DNA from: Hydrolagus colliei
Taxonomy: Eukaryota
Assembly (NCBI GenBank): GCA_035084275.1
Contig: CM068755.1
Location: forward strand, 12,586,001-12,650,000
Reading direction: 5' to 3'
Length of the DNA: 64,000 bases
In this document: positions 63,446-64,000 of the stretch, one piece after another
Numbering within the stretch: position 1 is the first letter of the stretch
Layout: every line of letters starts with the position of its first letter
Notes under the pieces: generated by a model
The model's input: only the letters and a program-made list of their open reading frames with translations
Told to the model about the DNA's origin: nothing
Database searches by the model: none
Position numbers and translations under genes: made by a program

Positions 63446-64000
63446 TATCAAACTGGGTTCTTATCAATTCAGACTACACTAATGGTTTGATCCACACCCC
63501 ATAAGATGGTTGAAATGAGTCAGGTGGTAAGACACTCAACTAGTTTCTCCTAATTTTTTTATTTAAAATGAAAATCTGGGAAAAATATAACTTAGTTTGT
63601 TGTACTATCCTTACAATATGTTACCGAACAGCCACGACAAGATCCACAGAGATAGTTTAACTAGTTTGCATTATGTGTTATGTTACTCTATCAACCTCAT
63701 AAAACATGTAAATGAATTGCCCTTAATCATCTTGTCTTGGATCTGAACTTTGTCTCAATTGCTAGTTTGCACATATATTGACTTGATTGACAGAATAGTG
63801 GGTGACATATCCAAAGGATAAGTGTGGCTACAGCATCTATTTTCATTGCAGCAGGGAACTGATCTAGGAGTGGGTCATATAGTAGTCACTTTTCATTAAA
63901 GTTCCTGCTCCAGAAATAGTATCCAAACCATTGAAAGGTGTCAAGGTTAAGACTACTTTGGCAACAACTCACACAACCCTGCATGGTGATTGCATTTCAA

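Noticed and set aside
1-64000. All ORFs in the supplied track as protein-coding genes
   Set aside because: They are short, often low-complexity (microsatellite or G/C-tract derived), span N gaps, or overlap decayed retroelements in the wrong frame. None shows a recognisable domain or a consistent exon chain.
1-64000. CRISPR array or other prokaryotic/viral system
   Set aside because: No regularly spaced repeat-spacer array or gene-dense segment; the recurring ...AAATGCAAG tail is dispersed on both strands as retroelement ends.

Overview
Non-coding vertebrate genomic DNA, AT-rich, with two assembly gaps. The retroelement tail ...GTGAAAAGCGCTATATCAAATGCAAGGATTATTATT, DeuSINE-type SINEs and a Penelope-type terminal repeat point to a cartilaginous fish, most likely a chimaera such as Callorhinchus milii (inference from repeat families I recognise). 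I find no intact protein-coding gene, tRNA, rRNA, known miRNA or CRISPR array. The ORF track consists of chance ORFs, microsatellite ORFs and frames overlapping decayed retroelements. The window has three parts: (1) a CpG-poor left flank (1 to about 17 kb) with decayed Gypsy, CR1, L2 and SINE copies and an inverted Penelope-type repeat carrying a minimal hammerhead ribozyme core; (2) a domain of about 37 kb (about 17.0-54.7 kb) that retains CpG, is nearly free of long transposons, and is rich in microsatellites, G-tracts and enhancer-like unique blocks, with a probable promoter and two canonical spliced 5' exons at about 26-27.3 kb and a second promoter-like site at about 51.8 kb; (3) a CpG-poor, SINE/L2-containing right flank. 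This fits the 5' regulatory end of a large developmental regulator gene or conserved lncRNA transcribed on the + strand, with any coding exons outside the window. I cannot name the gene with confidence, and conservation of the enhancer-like blocks is inferred, not measured. I see no convincing wholly new biological system.
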